Source: Candidatus Eiseniibacteriota bacterium | GTDB lineage: Bacteria; Eisenbacteria; RBG-16-71-46; CAVPCR01 | DNA: 64,000 bases | Reading direction: 5' to 3' | Assembly (NCBI GenBank): GCA_963823555.1 | Contig: CAWGMA010000001.1 | Coordinates: 896,001-960,000, forward strand | In this document: piece by piece, positions 62,892-64,000 of the stretch | Position numbering within the stretch: position 1 is the stretch's first letter | Layout of the letters: every line of letters starts with the position of its first letter | Translations under genes and position numbers: made by a program | The notes under the pieces: generated by a model | Database searches by the model: none | What the model was told of the DNA's origin: nothing | What the model saw: the letters and a program-made list of their open reading frames with translations, nothing else

Positions 62892-63026
62892 CGGGGCCTG
62901 CGGGCGCTGCGCGCCCGCGTTCGGATCCGGCCGCGACGCGCTCGACGGCGGCCGGCAAGCGGGAGGGCGACGATCAAGCGCCACACGACAGTCAGGGATT
63001 CTGATTCGGGATGCCATTCCCAGCGG

Positions 63027-63794
63027 ATGCGCCGTGCCCAGAGCGGCAGGCAGGCTGCGACCTGGCGGCCAGGGCTCGCGCTCATCCTCGTGCTCCTCGG
63101 CTGCGCCTATGCGGGAGACCCCAAGCCTGCGGCGACCCCGGAAGACGAATTCGCCCGCGCGAAGAAGGAATACGAAGAGGGTCATCACTACGACTCGGTG
63201 CAGCTCTTCACCACCTTCATCGATCAGCATCCCGGTAGCATCCTGGTGGACCAGGCCATTTACTTCCTTGGCCGCTCGTACATGGGCCAGAAGGACTGGA
63301 TCATGGCATCCACCGAGTTCGAGCGCGTGGTGCGCGATTTTCCCGAGAGCCGTTATGCCTGCGATGCGGAATATGCCCTTGGCTTTTGCTACTGGCGAGA
63401 GTCGCGCCAGCCGAGCTACGACCAGGTGGAGACCCGGCGCACACTGGATCAGCTGAACCGCTACCGTGACCGTTGCCCGAACCATGAGGATGCTGCCGCG
63501 GCCGATTCCATCGCGGCCCTCGCGCGCGACCGCCTGGCCGAGAAACATTTCCGCGCGGCAGAGCTCTACAAACGGCTCGGTCAACCCGAAGCAGCCATCA
63601 TCTATTGCAACCTGGTCGCCGAGGACTATCCAGACTCGAGCTGGTTGTGTCCGGCGCGCCGGCTCAAGGCGGAGCTCCTGACACAGGTCCTGCGCCGGGA
63701 GGAGGCGCGGACCGAGCTGGAGTGGCTCCAGGAGAACTGCCCTGATGAACCGGGCTTGTCCGCCCTCGAGCGTGAGCTGGGAAGCGGGCCATGA
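63027..63794 (+). CDS. bamD: Outer membrane assembly lipoprotein BamD
   Basis: Lipobox LLGC, TPR repeats, YDQ..T, RDRLAEK.F.AA.LY, AAIIY...V..DYPDS. Confidence 0.88.
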   Translation: MRRAQSGRQAATWRPGLALILVLLGCAYAGDPKPAATPEDEFARAKKEYEEGHHYDSVQLFTTFIDQHPGSILVDQAIYFLGRSYMGQKDWIMASTEFERVVRDFPESRYACDAEYALGFCYWRESRQPSYDQVETRRTLDQLNRYRDRCPNHEDAAAADSIAALARDRLAEKHFRAAELYKRLGQPEAAIIYCNLVAEDYPDSSWLCPARRLKAELLTQVLRREEARTELEWLQENCPDEPGLSALERELGSGP

Positions 63795-64000
63795 CCGCCG
63801 CGATCTTCGGCGGCACCTTCGATCCGATCCATCTCGGGCACCTGGTCATGGCCGAGCACGTGGCCGAGGCCGCGGGCCTCGAACGTGTCCTCTTCGTCCC
63901 CGCGGGACGCCCGCCGCACAAGGAAGGCCGGACGATCTCGGCCGCTTCTCATCGCCTGGCCATGGTCGAGCTCGCGATCGCGGGCAATCCGCGCTTCGCT
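63791..64000 (+). CDS. nadD: Nicotinate-nucleotide adenylyltransferase, 5' part (runs off window)
   Basis: AIFGGTFDPIHLGH, FVPAGRPPHK, HRLAMVELAI. Confidence 0.93.
   Translation, partial: MTAAIFGGTFDPIHLGHLVMAEHVAEAAGLERVLFVPAGRPPHKEGRTISAASHRLAMVELAIAGNPRFA

Overview
A high-GC bacterial chromosomal segment, almost entirely housekeeping and almost entirely on the + strand. The organism is a diderm with LPS genes; gene content suggests an FCB-superphylum candidate lineage, which is inference only. Gene order: mtnA(3' end)-rplM-rpsI-rpsB-tsf-pyrH-frr-uppS-cdsA-dxr-rseP-Omp85(TamA-like)-tamB-pcrA-gatCAB-GAF/PP2C phosphatase; EIIA(-); aroK-rsmD-GYD-coaD-obg-HEAT-dprA-lpxL; ncRNA(-); DUF3467(-); radical SAM-rng-FG-GAP protein-rplU-rpmA-kdsB-pyrG-kdsACD-lpxL2/lptC-lptB-rpoN-hpf-hprK-mannose-type PTS-ptsH-ptsI-pgi/pmi-nucleotidyltransferase-metK-ahcY-ftsK-rimO-hypothetical-bamD-nadD(5' end). 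I saw no mobile elements, CRISPR arrays, tRNA or rRNA. The best signals not covered by the ORF track are: (1) a ~150-nt minus-strand rod-shaped RNA at 29018-29166 with its own TTGACA-N17-TAGCTT promoter and a U-tract end, resembling a compact 6S RNA; (2) a well-spaced sigma54 -24/-12 site ahead of the operon that encodes RpoN itself; (3) an apparent LpxL-LptC fusion, with no lptA; (4) a TamA/TamB pair in the usual bamA position; (5) a 7-bladed FG-GAP protein with a domain inserted into one Ca-binding loop and a T9SS-like tail. Frameshifts in the Omp85 gene, pyrG, the nucleotidyltransferase and ahcY (12 net) look like assembly or consensus errors, so frame-dependent claims need read-level checks. 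All product calls come from motif recognition by eye; no database searches were run.
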